This document shows, piece by piece, positions 47,739 to 56,340 of a stretch of 64,000 bases of DNA (the stretch's first letter is position 1; each line of letters begins with the position of its first letter). The notes beneath the pieces were generated by a model that saw only the letters and a list, made by a program, of their open reading frames with translations, made no database searches and was not told where the DNA came from. The DNA comes from an uncultured Clostridia bacterium (lineage in GTDB: Bacteria > Bacillota > Clostridia > Christensenellales > CAG-917). The position numbers and the translations under genes are program-made. The stretch is taken from the NCBI GenBank assembly GCA_944360115.1, contig CALVTH010000003.1, positions 6,746 to 70,745 on the forward strand, written 5' to 3'.

Positions 47739-48677
47739 TCACTTTCTGGCGATCGCTTTCTTCGCCGCCGCCACGATGTCCGCGACGGTCAGGCCGAATT
47801 TTTCGGACAGATAGGCTTCCTTGCCCACTTCGCCGAAGCTGTTCTTGACGCCGATGAGTTCCATGGGCGCGGGGCACTTCTCGACGACCACTTCGGCAAC
47901 GGCGCTGCCGAGTCCGCCGTAGGTGGAGTGGTTCTCGCAGGTGACGATTGCGCCCGTCGCCTTGACGGATTCGACTATGGCGTCCTCGTCGATTGGCTTC
48001 CAGGTGTGGATGTTGACCACTCTGGCCGAAATGCCCTCGGCAGCAAGTTCGTCCGCCGCTTTGAGCGCGCGTGCCACCATTATGCCCGAAGCAACCAGCG
48101 TGACATCCTTGCCCTCGCGGAGAGTGACGGCTTTGCCGAGTTTGAAATCGAGACCGTCGTCGTAAATCTTCTCCGCTTTCTTTCTGAACATACGGATGTA
48201 GACCGCGCCGGGATAGTCGATGATCTGCGGGAGCGCCTTTGCGAGCATCGTCGCGTCGGCGGGCTCAAAGCACACCATCTTGGGAATGGCGCGCATGATG
48301 CTCATGTCCTCGAAGGGCATGTGCGTGCCGCCGTTGGCTTCCGCCATGACGCCGGGGTCGGAGCCGACTATCTTGACGGGCAGTTTGCTGTAGGCGACGG
48401 AGATGAAAATCTGGTCGTAGCAACGCCTCGTCGCAAACGGCGCGAAAGAGAACGCGAACGGTATCTTGCCGAAAGCGGCCATGCCCGCGGCAACGCCGAT
48501 GAGGTTTGCCTCGGCGATACCGACATTGATGAACCTTTCGGGGAAGGCTTCGAGGAAGCACTTGGTGGAGTGGCAGCTCATGAGGTCGGCGTCGAGCACC
48601 ACGATTCTGTCGTCCTTACGGGCGGCTTCGACAAGACCTGCCGCCATTACTTGCCTGACTTCTTTTTCGTCTGTCAT
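47739..48677 (-). CDS. Transketolase, C-terminal (pyrimidine-binding) subunit
   Basis: 312-aa product from the ATG at 48677 (MTDEKEVRQV..), with the motifs FINVGIAEANL and GGTHMPFEDMSIMRAIP. Confidence 0.9.
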   Translation of the reverse strand: MTDEKEVRQVMAAGLVEAARKDDRIVVLDADLMSCHSTKCFLEAFPERFINVGIAEANLIGVAAGMAAFGKIPFAFSFAPFATRRCYDQIFISVAYSKLPVKIVGSDPGVMAEANGGTHMPFEDMSIMRAIPKMVCFEPADATMLAKALPQIIDYPGAVYIRMFRKKAEKIYDDGLDFKLGKAVTLREGKDVTLVASGIMVARALKAADELAAEGISARVVNIHTWKPIDEDAIVESVKATGAIVTCENHSTYGGLGSAVAEVVVEKCPAPMELIGVKNSFGEVGKEAYLSEKFGLTVADIVAAAKKAIARK

Positions 48678-49495
48678 TATTCGTACCTCCCCGTTTCTTT
48701 GCGCCACACCTCTTCGGGAATGGGCATGCTGTGGCAGTTGGCAACGCCTTCGGTGAAGGAAGCGCCCTTGCCCTTGACGGTGCGGAGCACTATCATCGAG
48801 GGTTTGCCCTTCTGAGCCTTGGCGGCGTCGATTGCGTCGGAAATGGCTTCGAGGTCGTGTCCGTCGATGTCCTGCACGAAGAAATTGAACGCCTTCCACT
48901 TGTCGACGATGGGCTCAAGCCCGTTTATGCTCTCGACGGGTCCGTCGAGCTGCATACGGTTGCTGTCGAGGAAGACGATGAGGTTGTCGAGCTTGCGGGA
49001 ACCCGCGAGCATACTCGCCTCCCAGATCTGCCCTTCCTGCGCCTCGCCGTCGCCGATGAAGCAGTAAATCGTCGCGGGATTCTTGTCGATTTTGGCGGCA
49101 ATCGCCATGCCTACCGCCGCCGAAAGTCCCTGCCCCAGCGAGCCCGCCGTCATATCGATGCCGGGGGTCTTGTTCATGTCGCAGTGAGAGGGAAGATTGG
49201 TCCCGTTGCGGTTGAGCGTGGTCTTCCATTCGGGGGGATAATACCCGAGGTCGCCGAGAACGGCGTACATGGCGGGACCCGCGTGTCCTTTGGACATGAT
49301 TACGCGGTCGCGGTCCTGCTTCTTCGGGTCTTTGGGGTCGATGTTTGCTTTGTCGTAATAGATGACGGTAAGCGCGTCCATGACGGACATGGTGCCGCCG
49401 ATGTGCCCCACCCCGAAGTGCCCGATAATCTCGATGGCGTCGTGGCGGAGTTTAAGCGCTTTGTCCTTCAAAAAGAGAAGTTTGTCTTTCTGCAT
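48677..49495 (-). CDS. Transketolase, N-terminal (TPP-binding) subunit
   Basis: 272-aa ORF with the motifs GHIGGTMS, SKGHAGPA and GDGEAQEG. Confidence 0.9.
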   Translation of the reverse strand: MQKDKLLFLKDKALKLRHDAIEIIGHFGVGHIGGTMSVMDALTVIYYDKANIDPKDPKKQDRDRVIMSKGHAGPAMYAVLGDLGYYPPEWKTTLNRNGTNLPSHCDMNKTPGIDMTAGSLGQGLSAAVGMAIAAKIDKNPATIYCFIGDGEAQEGQIWEASMLAGSRKLDNLIVFLDSNRMQLDGPVESINGLEPIVDKWKAFNFFVQDIDGHDLEAISDAIDAAKAQKGKPSMIVLRTVKGKGASFTEGVANCHSMPIPEEVWRKETGRYE

Positions 49496-49515
49496 AATTC
49501 CTCCTTATTGACAAG

Positions 49516-49544
49516 ATTATACCACCGCCGCACCCCCATTTCAA
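49516..49544 (-). promoter_or_regulatory. Promoter of the minus-strand transketolase pair
   Basis: On the minus strand: TTGAAA, 17 nt spacer, TATAAT, with a TGG extended -10. Confidence 0.5.
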
Positions 49545-49820
49545 TATCCCCCGCGAAAAAAGTTTACGAATTAACGATTTTCGGGAAAGGCGCGGCAGCA
49601 GCGGCGAGCGGAGCGCGACGCGCGGCACGCCTGACGCACGGAACAGAGGACGGGGCGCGAAAAAGAAAGCGCGGGAGAAACGAGTGAGGCGCGGCAAGGA
49701 ACGCGCGGGAGGAGCGAACGGAAGGAGCGGAAAAAGGCGGAATAAAAAGTAGCGGCGCGCGCAAAATACCTTAAACCGCACGGCGCGCGACGCGCGCACG
49801 GACGCGGCAAAGGAGGAAAC

Positions 49821-50324
49821 ATGAACATCCTGACAAAGACGGCGGTTGCGTTTGCCATGGCCGTGGCGGCAATCTCTTCCGCGGCGGGCGCGACGCCCCG
49901 TGCCGAGGCGCAATGCCCGTCGGCGTATTCCCAGACCGCGGAATGTTCCGCCCGCGAGGAAGCGGACAACGGAATCTTCGACCTGCTCTCCCCCGAACTC
50001 ATAAAGGTGTACGAGGACAATGTGGCGCACACTCCCGTGGTGTCCGACATTTCGCCCGCCAAACTGAAACGAATGGCGGAGAAATACGGGTGCGGCGAGA
50101 AGAAGATGTGCGCGCTCATAGTGGTGCGCGACATGGCGGCGCGCGTGGGCGGCAGCGTCACCCTCGCCGAACTTTCCGGAGAGAGCGACCTCGCCCTGAT
50201 AAAGCGTGCAAAACAGTATGCGGACATCTATTCCGCCACCCTGTCCGACGACGAAAAGCGCGACCTGGAGAACAAATTCAAGGGCGCTTTCAAGGGCAAC
50301 TCTTCCCTGCCGTTTCTGAAATGA
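49821..50324 (+). CDS. Hypothetical secreted protein (signal peptide)
   Basis: 167-aa ORF. AAGGAGGA RBS. N-terminal MNILTKTAVAFAMAVAAISSAAGA signal-like segment. A terminator follows. Confidence 0.6.
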   Translation: MNILTKTAVAFAMAVAAISSAAGATPRAEAQCPSAYSQTAECSAREEADNGIFDLLSPELIKVYEDNVAHTPVVSDISPAKLKRMAEKYGCGEKKMCALIVVRDMAARVGGSVTLAELSGESDLALIKRAKQYADIYSATLSDDEKRDLENKFKGAFKGNSSLPFLK

Positions 50325-50342
50325 AAACGCGACAGAGATGAC

Positions 50343-50370
50343 AAAAACCGCCGTTTACGCGGCGGTTTTT
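50343..50370. terminator. Bidirectional intrinsic terminator
   Basis: AAAAACCGCCG-TTTACG-CGGCGGTTTTT. Confidence 0.7.
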
Positions 50371-50501
50371 GCATATAAACTGCACATTTACGGCTGAACA
50401 CGCGCCGAGCGCGGTTGCGCGGGCGGGCGGCTCGGCGCCGCGTCACGCGGGCGTGCGCATGCCGTCGTGCGCGTTTTACGACATATCACAAAAATTGGCT
50501 A

Positions 50502-50530
50502 TTGACTAATGAAACCTTCTGGTCTACAAT
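50502..50530 (+). promoter_or_regulatory. Promoter of the plus-strand transketolase operon
   Basis: TTGACT, 17 nt spacer, TACAAT. Confidence 0.5.
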
Positions 50531-50591
50531 TTAATAGTAAACTATTTAACAAAATGGTTTCGACAAGGAAAATTATGCAGGAGGGCAAAAT

Positions 50592-51431
50592 ATGCCAAAC
50601 AATGTTTCCATCGACGAGCTTAAAGCAAAGGCGAAAGAACTGCGTCTCAACATCGTTCAGACGACATTCAACGCCACGTCGGGGCACATCGGCGGTTCTC
50701 TCTCGAGTGCCGATATGCTCATCGCGCTGTACTTCAAGTATTTGAAAGTCGACCCCGCAAATCCCGACTGGGACGAAAGAGACCGCTTCATCCTCTCCAA
50801 AGGTCACTGCGCTCTCTCCTATGTTCCCTGCCTTGCCATGAGGGGCTATCTCGATCTCGACGAAGTCATGAAGAACTTCAATAAGACCGAGTCCGCCTAC
50901 GGTATGCACCCCGACAGCAAGAAAATCAAGGGTTGCGACGCGTCCACGGGTTCGCTCGGACACGGCCTGCCCATCGGTGTGGGTATGTGCCTCGGTCTCC
51001 GTCTCAAGGGCATCGACAGCAAAGTGGTCGTCATGACCGGTGACGGCGAGTGTCAGGAAGGCTCCAACTGGGAAGCCGCAATGTCCGCCGCGCACTACAA
51101 ACTCAAGAACCTCATCTGGATCATCGACCGCAACCATTTCGAAATCGACGGCAACACCGAGAGCGTTATGAGCCTCGAGCCCCTCGACAAGAAGGTCGAA
51201 TCCTTCGGCTTCAAAGTCATCAAGTGCAACGGCAACAAGATGGAAGAAGTGGACGCCGCTCTCGCCAAGGCGTGGGCGACCGAAGGTCCCGTCTGCATCA
51301 TCTCCGACACCGTCAAGGGCTACGGCCTCAGCAAGTTCGAAGGCAAGGCAACCTGCCATTACGCGTCGTTCGGCGCCGACCCCGCCGAGGTCAAGGTTTA
51401 CCTCGACGAGATTAAGAACAGAGAGTTTTAA
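50592..51431 (+). CDS. Transketolase, N-terminal subunit (second paralogue)
   Basis: 279-aa ORF with the motifs GHIGGSLS, SKGHCA and GDGECQEG. Confidence 0.9.
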   Translation: MPNNVSIDELKAKAKELRLNIVQTTFNATSGHIGGSLSSADMLIALYFKYLKVDPANPDWDERDRFILSKGHCALSYVPCLAMRGYLDLDEVMKNFNKTESAYGMHPDSKKIKGCDASTGSLGHGLPIGVGMCLGLRLKGIDSKVVVMTGDGECQEGSNWEAAMSAAHYKLKNLIWIIDRNHFEIDGNTESVMSLEPLDKKVESFGFKVIKCNGNKMEEVDAALAKAWATEGPVCIISDTVKGYGLSKFEGKATCHYASFGADPAEVKVYLDEIKNREF

Positions 51432-51442
51432 GGAGGTACCCT

Positions 51443-52444
51443 ATGGGAACTGCATGGAATGTTTACGACGCGAATAAAATGTCGTCCGGCGCAATGTACG
51501 GCAAAACCCTCGCCGAACTCGCCGCAAAAGACCCCCGTATCGTCGGTGTGACCGCCGACCTTGCGAAATCCACCAACATCGGTCTGCTCGGCGAAGCCTT
51601 CCCCGACAGACTCTTCAATGTCGGTATCGCCGAACAGAACCTCTTCGGCGTGGCAGCAGGTCTTGCCAAAGTCGGCTTTATCCCCTTCGCCTCCACCTTC
51701 GCCATCTTCGCTTGCCTCCGCGGCGGCGAGCAGGTCAGGACGGACTGCGCTTATCAGAAGCTGCCCGTCAAGGTCATAGCCACCCACGGCGGCGTCTCCT
51801 TCGGCGCGGCGGGCTCCACCCACCACTGCATCGAGGACTTCGCCATCATGCGCGCCATCCCCAACATGACCGTCGTTATCCCCGCGGACGCGTGGGAAAC
51901 CGCAAGCGCAATCAAAGCCTGCATCGATGTCCCCGGCCCCTTCTATCTCCGCGTCGGCAGAGGTATGGAACCCCTGCTCCACGAGAGTGAGGAAGAATAC
52001 ACCTTCGAAATCGGCAAGGCGATGAAACTCAAAGACGGCAACGATGTCACCATCATCTCCTGCGGCGTGCCCACCCGTGACGCGCTCATCGCCGGTATGA
52101 TGCTCGAAGAACAGGGCGTCTCCGCTCAGGTCATCAATATGCACACCCTGAAGCCCATCGACGCCGACGCCATCATCGAAGCCGCCGTCAAGACCCGCCG
52201 TATCGTCACGGTCGAGGAACACAACATCATCGGTGGTCTCGGCGACGCGGTGGCTTCCGTCCTCGCCCAGAGCGGCAAGAGATGCATTCTCACCAAGATC
52301 GGTATCCCCGACGAGTTCGGCCCCATCGGCAAGCCCGAGGACCTCTACGCCATGTACAAGCTCTCCAGCCAGGGCATCATGGAAACCGTTATGGAATTGA
52401 TGGGCAAGGAAATCGAGGAAGACGATTGGTCCGACGAAGACTGA
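51443..52444 (+). CDS. Transketolase, C-terminal subunit (second paralogue)
   Basis: 333-aa ORF with the motifs FNVGIAEQNL and GSTHHCIEDFAIMRAIP. AAGGAGG RBS. Confidence 0.9.
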   Translation: MGTAWNVYDANKMSSGAMYGKTLAELAAKDPRIVGVTADLAKSTNIGLLGEAFPDRLFNVGIAEQNLFGVAAGLAKVGFIPFASTFAIFACLRGGEQVRTDCAYQKLPVKVIATHGGVSFGAAGSTHHCIEDFAIMRAIPNMTVVIPADAWETASAIKACIDVPGPFYLRVGRGMEPLLHESEEEYTFEIGKAMKLKDGNDVTIISCGVPTRDALIAGMMLEEQGVSAQVINMHTLKPIDADAIIEAAVKTRRIVTVEEHNIIGGLGDAVASVLAQSGKRCILTKIGIPDEFGPIGKPEDLYAMYKLSSQGIMETVMELMGKEIEEDDWSDED

Positions 52445-52455
52445 GGAGGTGCCCC

Positions 52456-53382
52456 ATGAAAGCTAATCCGCAAGATGTCTTGACCGCTAAAATCTATTTC
52501 AGCGCCGCCTTCCCCGCCCTGCGCGTTCCCCTCGAAGAGGACGAAAAACAGCGCAAGGCGTTCGAAAAGGTCAACGCGATAGTGGAATTCCGCGCCGCCG
52601 ACGACGAAAATCCCGTCGCCTGCTACATGGTTTTCCTCACCGAAGAGCTCGCCGCTCAGGCGGCCTCCGGCAAACGCTTCAAGGTGTACCAGGGCGAATA
52701 CCCCGGTTACATCGAAATGGCGGACGGCTCCAAGAAAGAAGACCTCAAAGTCGTGAAGATGTACTTCAAGTCCATTCCGAGTCTGCTCGGAGTGTTCAAG
52801 GGCAGCTCTCCCCTCGATATGCTCGGGATTCTCAGCCCCCTGTTCAAGAATATCTTCAATCCCGTGACGATGAAGTTCCTCTTCCTCATGCTCACGCTCA
52901 CAAAGACCATGCCGTCCTTCATCCCCGGCAAGGACCAGCCCTGGGAACAGTATCTCAAAGTCAAGCTGTCTCTCTTCCTCATCACCCGCGCCCTCTCCAC
53001 CGCCAACCGCGAAGGATGGCCCGATATGGCTGACTGGACGAAGAAACAGCCAGACAGAACCTATCAGTTCATCGTCGGCGAGACCAAAGACGCGGCGGGC
53101 AATGTGCTCTATCCCGAAATCAAAGCCTACCTTCGCGTCAAGATGGGCAAGAGCAAAGCGGGCAACGGCGAACGCCCCTTCCCCTTCGTGCTCTTCAAGT
53201 TCCCCGATCCCGACGGATGCCTCGCCGTCCTCACCAACCGCTACGACTTCGTCGAATCGGTGGCAAGAGGCTGCGTGACCATCATCGGCGCGGGCGACAG
53301 TTATGCCGTGCAGTTCAACGACATTATGACCAAATGCCAGGCAATGCTCGTTCCTCCTCCCAAAGAGGAAAAGAAGAAGTAA
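52456..53382 (+). CDS. Hypothetical protein co-transcribed with the second transketolase
   Basis: 308-aa product from the ATG at 52456, with GAGGAGG 6 nt upstream, 11 nt after the transketolase stop. No family recognised. Confidence 0.65.
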   Translation: MKANPQDVLTAKIYFSAAFPALRVPLEEDEKQRKAFEKVNAIVEFRAADDENPVACYMVFLTEELAAQAASGKRFKVYQGEYPGYIEMADGSKKEDLKVVKMYFKSIPSLLGVFKGSSPLDMLGILSPLFKNIFNPVTMKFLFLMLTLTKTMPSFIPGKDQPWEQYLKVKLSLFLITRALSTANREGWPDMADWTKKQPDRTYQFIVGETKDAAGNVLYPEIKAYLRVKMGKSKAGNGERPFPFVLFKFPDPDGCLAVLTNRYDFVESVARGCVTIIGAGDSYAVQFNDIMTKCQAMLVPPPKEEKKK

Positions 53383-53399
53383 CCTTCCTGCACACGACG

Positions 53400-53433
53400 A
53401 AAGCGCGGAGAGCAATCTCCGCGCTTTGTTTTT
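53400..53433 (+). terminator. Intrinsic terminator
   Basis: AAAGCGCGGAGA-GCAA-TCTCCGCGCTTT followed by GTTTTT. Confidence 0.75.
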
Positions 53434-53579
53434 ACCGCGTTGTCTTCCTTTGCCCGCGCCCCGTTGTTTGTCGGCTGCCGCACACTCCTTGGCGTCTGCC
53501 CGTGCGCCGCTTGTAATCTGCCGCGCGCTCCGTTTGCAACATACCCGCGCTCCGCGCCGCCCGCGCCGTATTTCCGAAA

Positions 53580-53610
53580 GGAAAAGACCGCCCTTCGGCG
53601 GTCCTTTCCG
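53580..53610 (-). terminator. Intrinsic terminator of the rubrerythrin-fusion gene
   Basis: On the minus strand: GACCGCC-GAAG-GGCGGTC followed by TTTTCCTTTC. Confidence 0.6.
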
Positions 53611-53631
53611 TAGCGTCGGCGTCATGCCGGG

Positions 53632-54843
53632 TTATTTCTTGAAGTAACGGTTGTACAGCCCTTCGAAAGCCTTGCCGTGACGCGCTTCGTCGCGGGCCAT
53701 TTCGTGGACGGTGTCGTGAATGGCGTCGAGGTTGAGTTCCTTGGCGCGCTTCGCCAGCTCGAATTTGCCCTGAGTGGCGCCGTTTTCGGCTTCTATCCTC
53801 TTCTCGAGGTTGACCTTGGTGGAGGGAGACACCACTTCGCCGAGCAGTTCGGCAAACTTCGCGGCGTGTTCGGCTTCCTCAAGCGCCGCCTTCTCCCAGT
53901 AAAGCCCGATTTCGGGATAGCCTTCGCGGTGCGCCGCGCGGCTCATTGCGAGATACATACCGACCTCGGTGCACTCGCCCTCGAAGTTGGCGCGCAGTCC
54001 GTCGATGATGTCCTGCGGAGCGCCGCTCGCCACGCCGATGACATGTTCCGCCGCCCACATTCTTTCGGTCTCCTCAACCTTCTTGAACTTGGACGCGGGA
54101 GCCTTGCAGAGAGGGCATTGAGCGGGAGGTTCGGGTCCTTCGTGAACATATCCGCACACAGTACAAATCCATTTAGCCATATTCGTTTCTCCTTTCTCGT
54201 TGTTTTGGTTTTCTATCTTTGCGGAATCTTTTCCGCTGTCGATTCTCTCGAAGTCCTGCGCTCCGTGCTTGCATATCGGGCACACGAAGTCGGCGGGAAG
54301 TTTGCCTTTATGCACATAGCCGCACACCTTGCACACCCACACTTCCTCGTTGTCGTCGGCAACGACGGGCTGAGGACGGGGCTTGACGAAACGCTGATAA
54401 TAGTCGTAGGTGAGCGCGTTGCCGTCGTCGACAAAGGTCTTGGTGGCGGTGGTGTGAGCGACGAACATGGTATGCGTGCCGAAATCTATGCTGTCGTCCA
54501 CCGTCATCTCGAAATATCCGAGGGCTCCGTCGGTGGGCACGGCGCAGCCGTTTTCGGCGGTCTCGTACGCCACTCCCTCGAACTTGTCCGCGTCCCTGCC
54601 GCTCCTCATTCCGAAGCCCTTTATGGTGTCGAAAGAGGTGCTCTCGCCCAACACCGCAACGGCGAACTTGCCGCTTTCGGCGATGAGCTCGTGGGTGTAG
54701 TTGGCTTTGTTGACGGTGACGGAAAACCTTTCGGGGGACGAGGTCTGTTGCGACAGCGTGTTTATCATGCACGCGCCCCTCTTGTCGCCCGACTTCGCCG
54801 ACAACACATAAAGCCCGTAACTTATCTTGAAGAGCAGGTTCAT
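53632..54843 (-). CDS. Fusion protein: flavin-reductase-like domain + rubredoxin + rubredoxin + diiron ferritin-like domain (Hrb-like fused to reverse rubrerythrin)
   Basis: 403-aa ORF. Four CxxC pairs ([14 protein letters not shown] and CTVCGY..CPLCKA). ExxH diiron motifs ([18 protein letters not shown]). An in-frame internal ATG at 54180 is preceded by AAGGAG. Confidence 0.85.
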   Translation of the reverse strand: MNLLFKISYGLYVLSAKSGDKRGACMINTLSQQTSSPERFSVTVNKANYTHELIAESGKFAVAVLGESTSFDTIKGFGMRSGRDADKFEGVAYETAENGCAVPTDGALGYFEMTVDDSIDFGTHTMFVAHTTATKTFVDDGNALTYDYYQRFVKPRPQPVVADDNEEVWVCKVCGYVHKGKLPADFVCPICKHGAQDFERIDSGKDSAKIENQNNEKGETNMAKWICTVCGYVHEGPEPPAQCPLCKAPASKFKKVEETERMWAAEHVIGVASGAPQDIIDGLRANFEGECTEVGMYLAMSRAAHREGYPEIGLYWEKAALEEAEHAAKFAELLGEVVSPSTKVNLEKRIEAENGATQGKFELAKRAKELNLDAIHDTVHEMARDEARHGKAFEGLYNRYFKK

Positions 54844-55238
54844 TTGTTTTCCTCCTTACATTTTGGGCACACCCCGCGGAAAATGATGTCCGCTTCGGCG
54901 ATGTCCGCTTCGCCGCACCCGCGGCAAGCCGCTTTGACTATCTCGGCGGCGTCTATGCCGATGTCCTCCACCGCGCCGCACTTCTCGCAAACGAAATGCG
55001 CGTGGGTGCCCGTCGTCTTGTCGAATCTGGCGGGTGCGCCGGGCACGGCGATTTCCCGCACCCTGCCCTCTTCGGCAAGCCCTTTCAGCACCCTGTACAC
55101 CGTGCCGAGACTGACCGCGGGCAACGCTTCGCGCACTCTCCCGAACACCGTTTCCGCCGTGGGATGGTCGCAGGACGACAGCACGACGCGCTCTATTTCG
55201 CATTTCTGTCTGGTCTGTCTTTTGGCAGTCTCCCGCAT
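54840..55238 (-). CDS. perR: Fur-family peroxide-stress regulator (PerR-like)
   Basis: 132-aa product from the ATG at 55238 ([12 protein letters not shown]..), with HFVCEKCG and CPKC zinc motifs. The stop overlaps the start of the rubrerythrin fusion. Confidence 0.75.
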   Translation of the reverse strand: MRETAKRQTRQKCEIERVVLSSCDHPTAETVFGRVREALPAVSLGTVYRVLKGLAEEGRVREIAVPGAPARFDKTTGTHAHFVCEKCGAVEDIGIDAAEIVKAACRGCGEADIAEADIIFRGVCPKCKEENK

Positions 55239-55394
55239 AGAATCTCCCGTGCGGAAATCGCTCGCGCTCCGTCCGCTTCCGATTGTCCCACTCCCCGCCC
55301 CGTTTGTCAACGGTCACTTTGTCTCCCGACGCTCTTCGCGCTTTTCCGCGCGACGGCGAACGGACAAACAAGATGGGGGACGCGCAATCGCTAT

Positions 55395-55409
55395 TGATAA
55401 TCATTACTA
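55395..55409. promoter_or_regulatory. Fur/PerR-box-like 7-1-7 site
   Basis: TGATAAT-C-ATTACTA, in the AT-rich island upstream of perR. Confidence 0.4.
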
Positions 55410-55656
55410 ATAATATAAACATGCTTTTGCGTTTTGTCAACGGAAAAAGGGCAACTTTTTTTCGACCGTTTCGGGAATGGCGGCGGCTTGCCTGTCGGTG
55501 CAGCGGGCGCAACCGCTCCCGCAACCTTCTCCATCCGCCCGCAACACCGGAGCGAAGACATCTTTTGCCGCACCGCTCCGCTTGCGCCGTCTCCCGTGCG
55601 CCCCCTCCGCAACGCCTGTACGCGTGCGCGCGTCATCGCGCGCGTTCAATATGTTG

Positions 55657-55685
55657 TTGAGATTGTGAAAAAACCGTGCTACAAT
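55657..55685 (+). promoter_or_regulatory. Promoter of tmk-holB-ricT
   Basis: TTGAGA, 17 nt spacer, TACAAT, with a TGC extended -10. Confidence 0.5.
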
Positions 55686-55731
55686 GTTACGGAATACGGA
55701 CGCTATGCGTCGGGAACAATCAGGGGTACAA

Positions 55732-56340
55732 ATGTTCGTCACATTCGAGGGTTGCGAAGGCGTGGGGAAATCCACTCAACTTTCCTTGCTGAGGGAATAT
55801 ATGCGCGAAACAGGACAGGAAGCCGTTTTCGTCCGCGAGCCGGGCGGCACGGAAATTTCGGAGCAGATACGCAAGATAATTCTCGACCCCGCCAACCGCG
55901 ATATGACGGCGGAGACGGAAGCCCTGCTCTACGCCGCCGCAAGAGCGCAACTCGTGCGCACGGTCATTCGCCCCGCCCTCGACGCGGGCAAGACGGTGAT
56001 ATGCGACAGATACATTGACTCTTCCGTCGCCTATCAGGGGTACGCGCGCGGACTGGGGCGCGAATTTGTGGAAAAGGTCAACGCCTATGCCGTCGAGACC
56101 GCCATGCCCGATGTCACCGTGTTCATAGACCTGCGCCCGTCGTCGTCGTTCAGGAGCGTGTCCCGCAACGACAGACTGGAGCAGGAAAACACCTCTTTTC
56201 ACGACAAGGTTTATGAGGGATATATTGCGCAATCTGCCGCTTCAAACGGTCGTTTCGTTATGATAAAACCCGAAAAAGAGCGTCTTGACACTCACCGCAA
56301 GATTCTGGACGCTCTGAGAAAAAGAGGCGCGGTCAAGTGA
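55732..56340 (+). CDS. tmk: Thymidylate kinase
   Basis: The ATG at 55732 gives MFVTFEGCEGVGKSTQ (P-loop). REPGGT and DRYIDSSVAYQG motifs. Confidence 0.9.
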   Translation: MFVTFEGCEGVGKSTQLSLLREYMRETGQEAVFVREPGGTEISEQIRKIILDPANRDMTAETEALLYAAARAQLVRTVIRPALDAGKTVICDRYIDSSVAYQGYARGLGREFVEKVNAYAVETAMPDVTVFIDLRPSSSFRSVSRNDRLEQENTSFHDKVYEGYIAQSAASNGRFVMIKPEKERLDTHRKILDALRKRGAVK

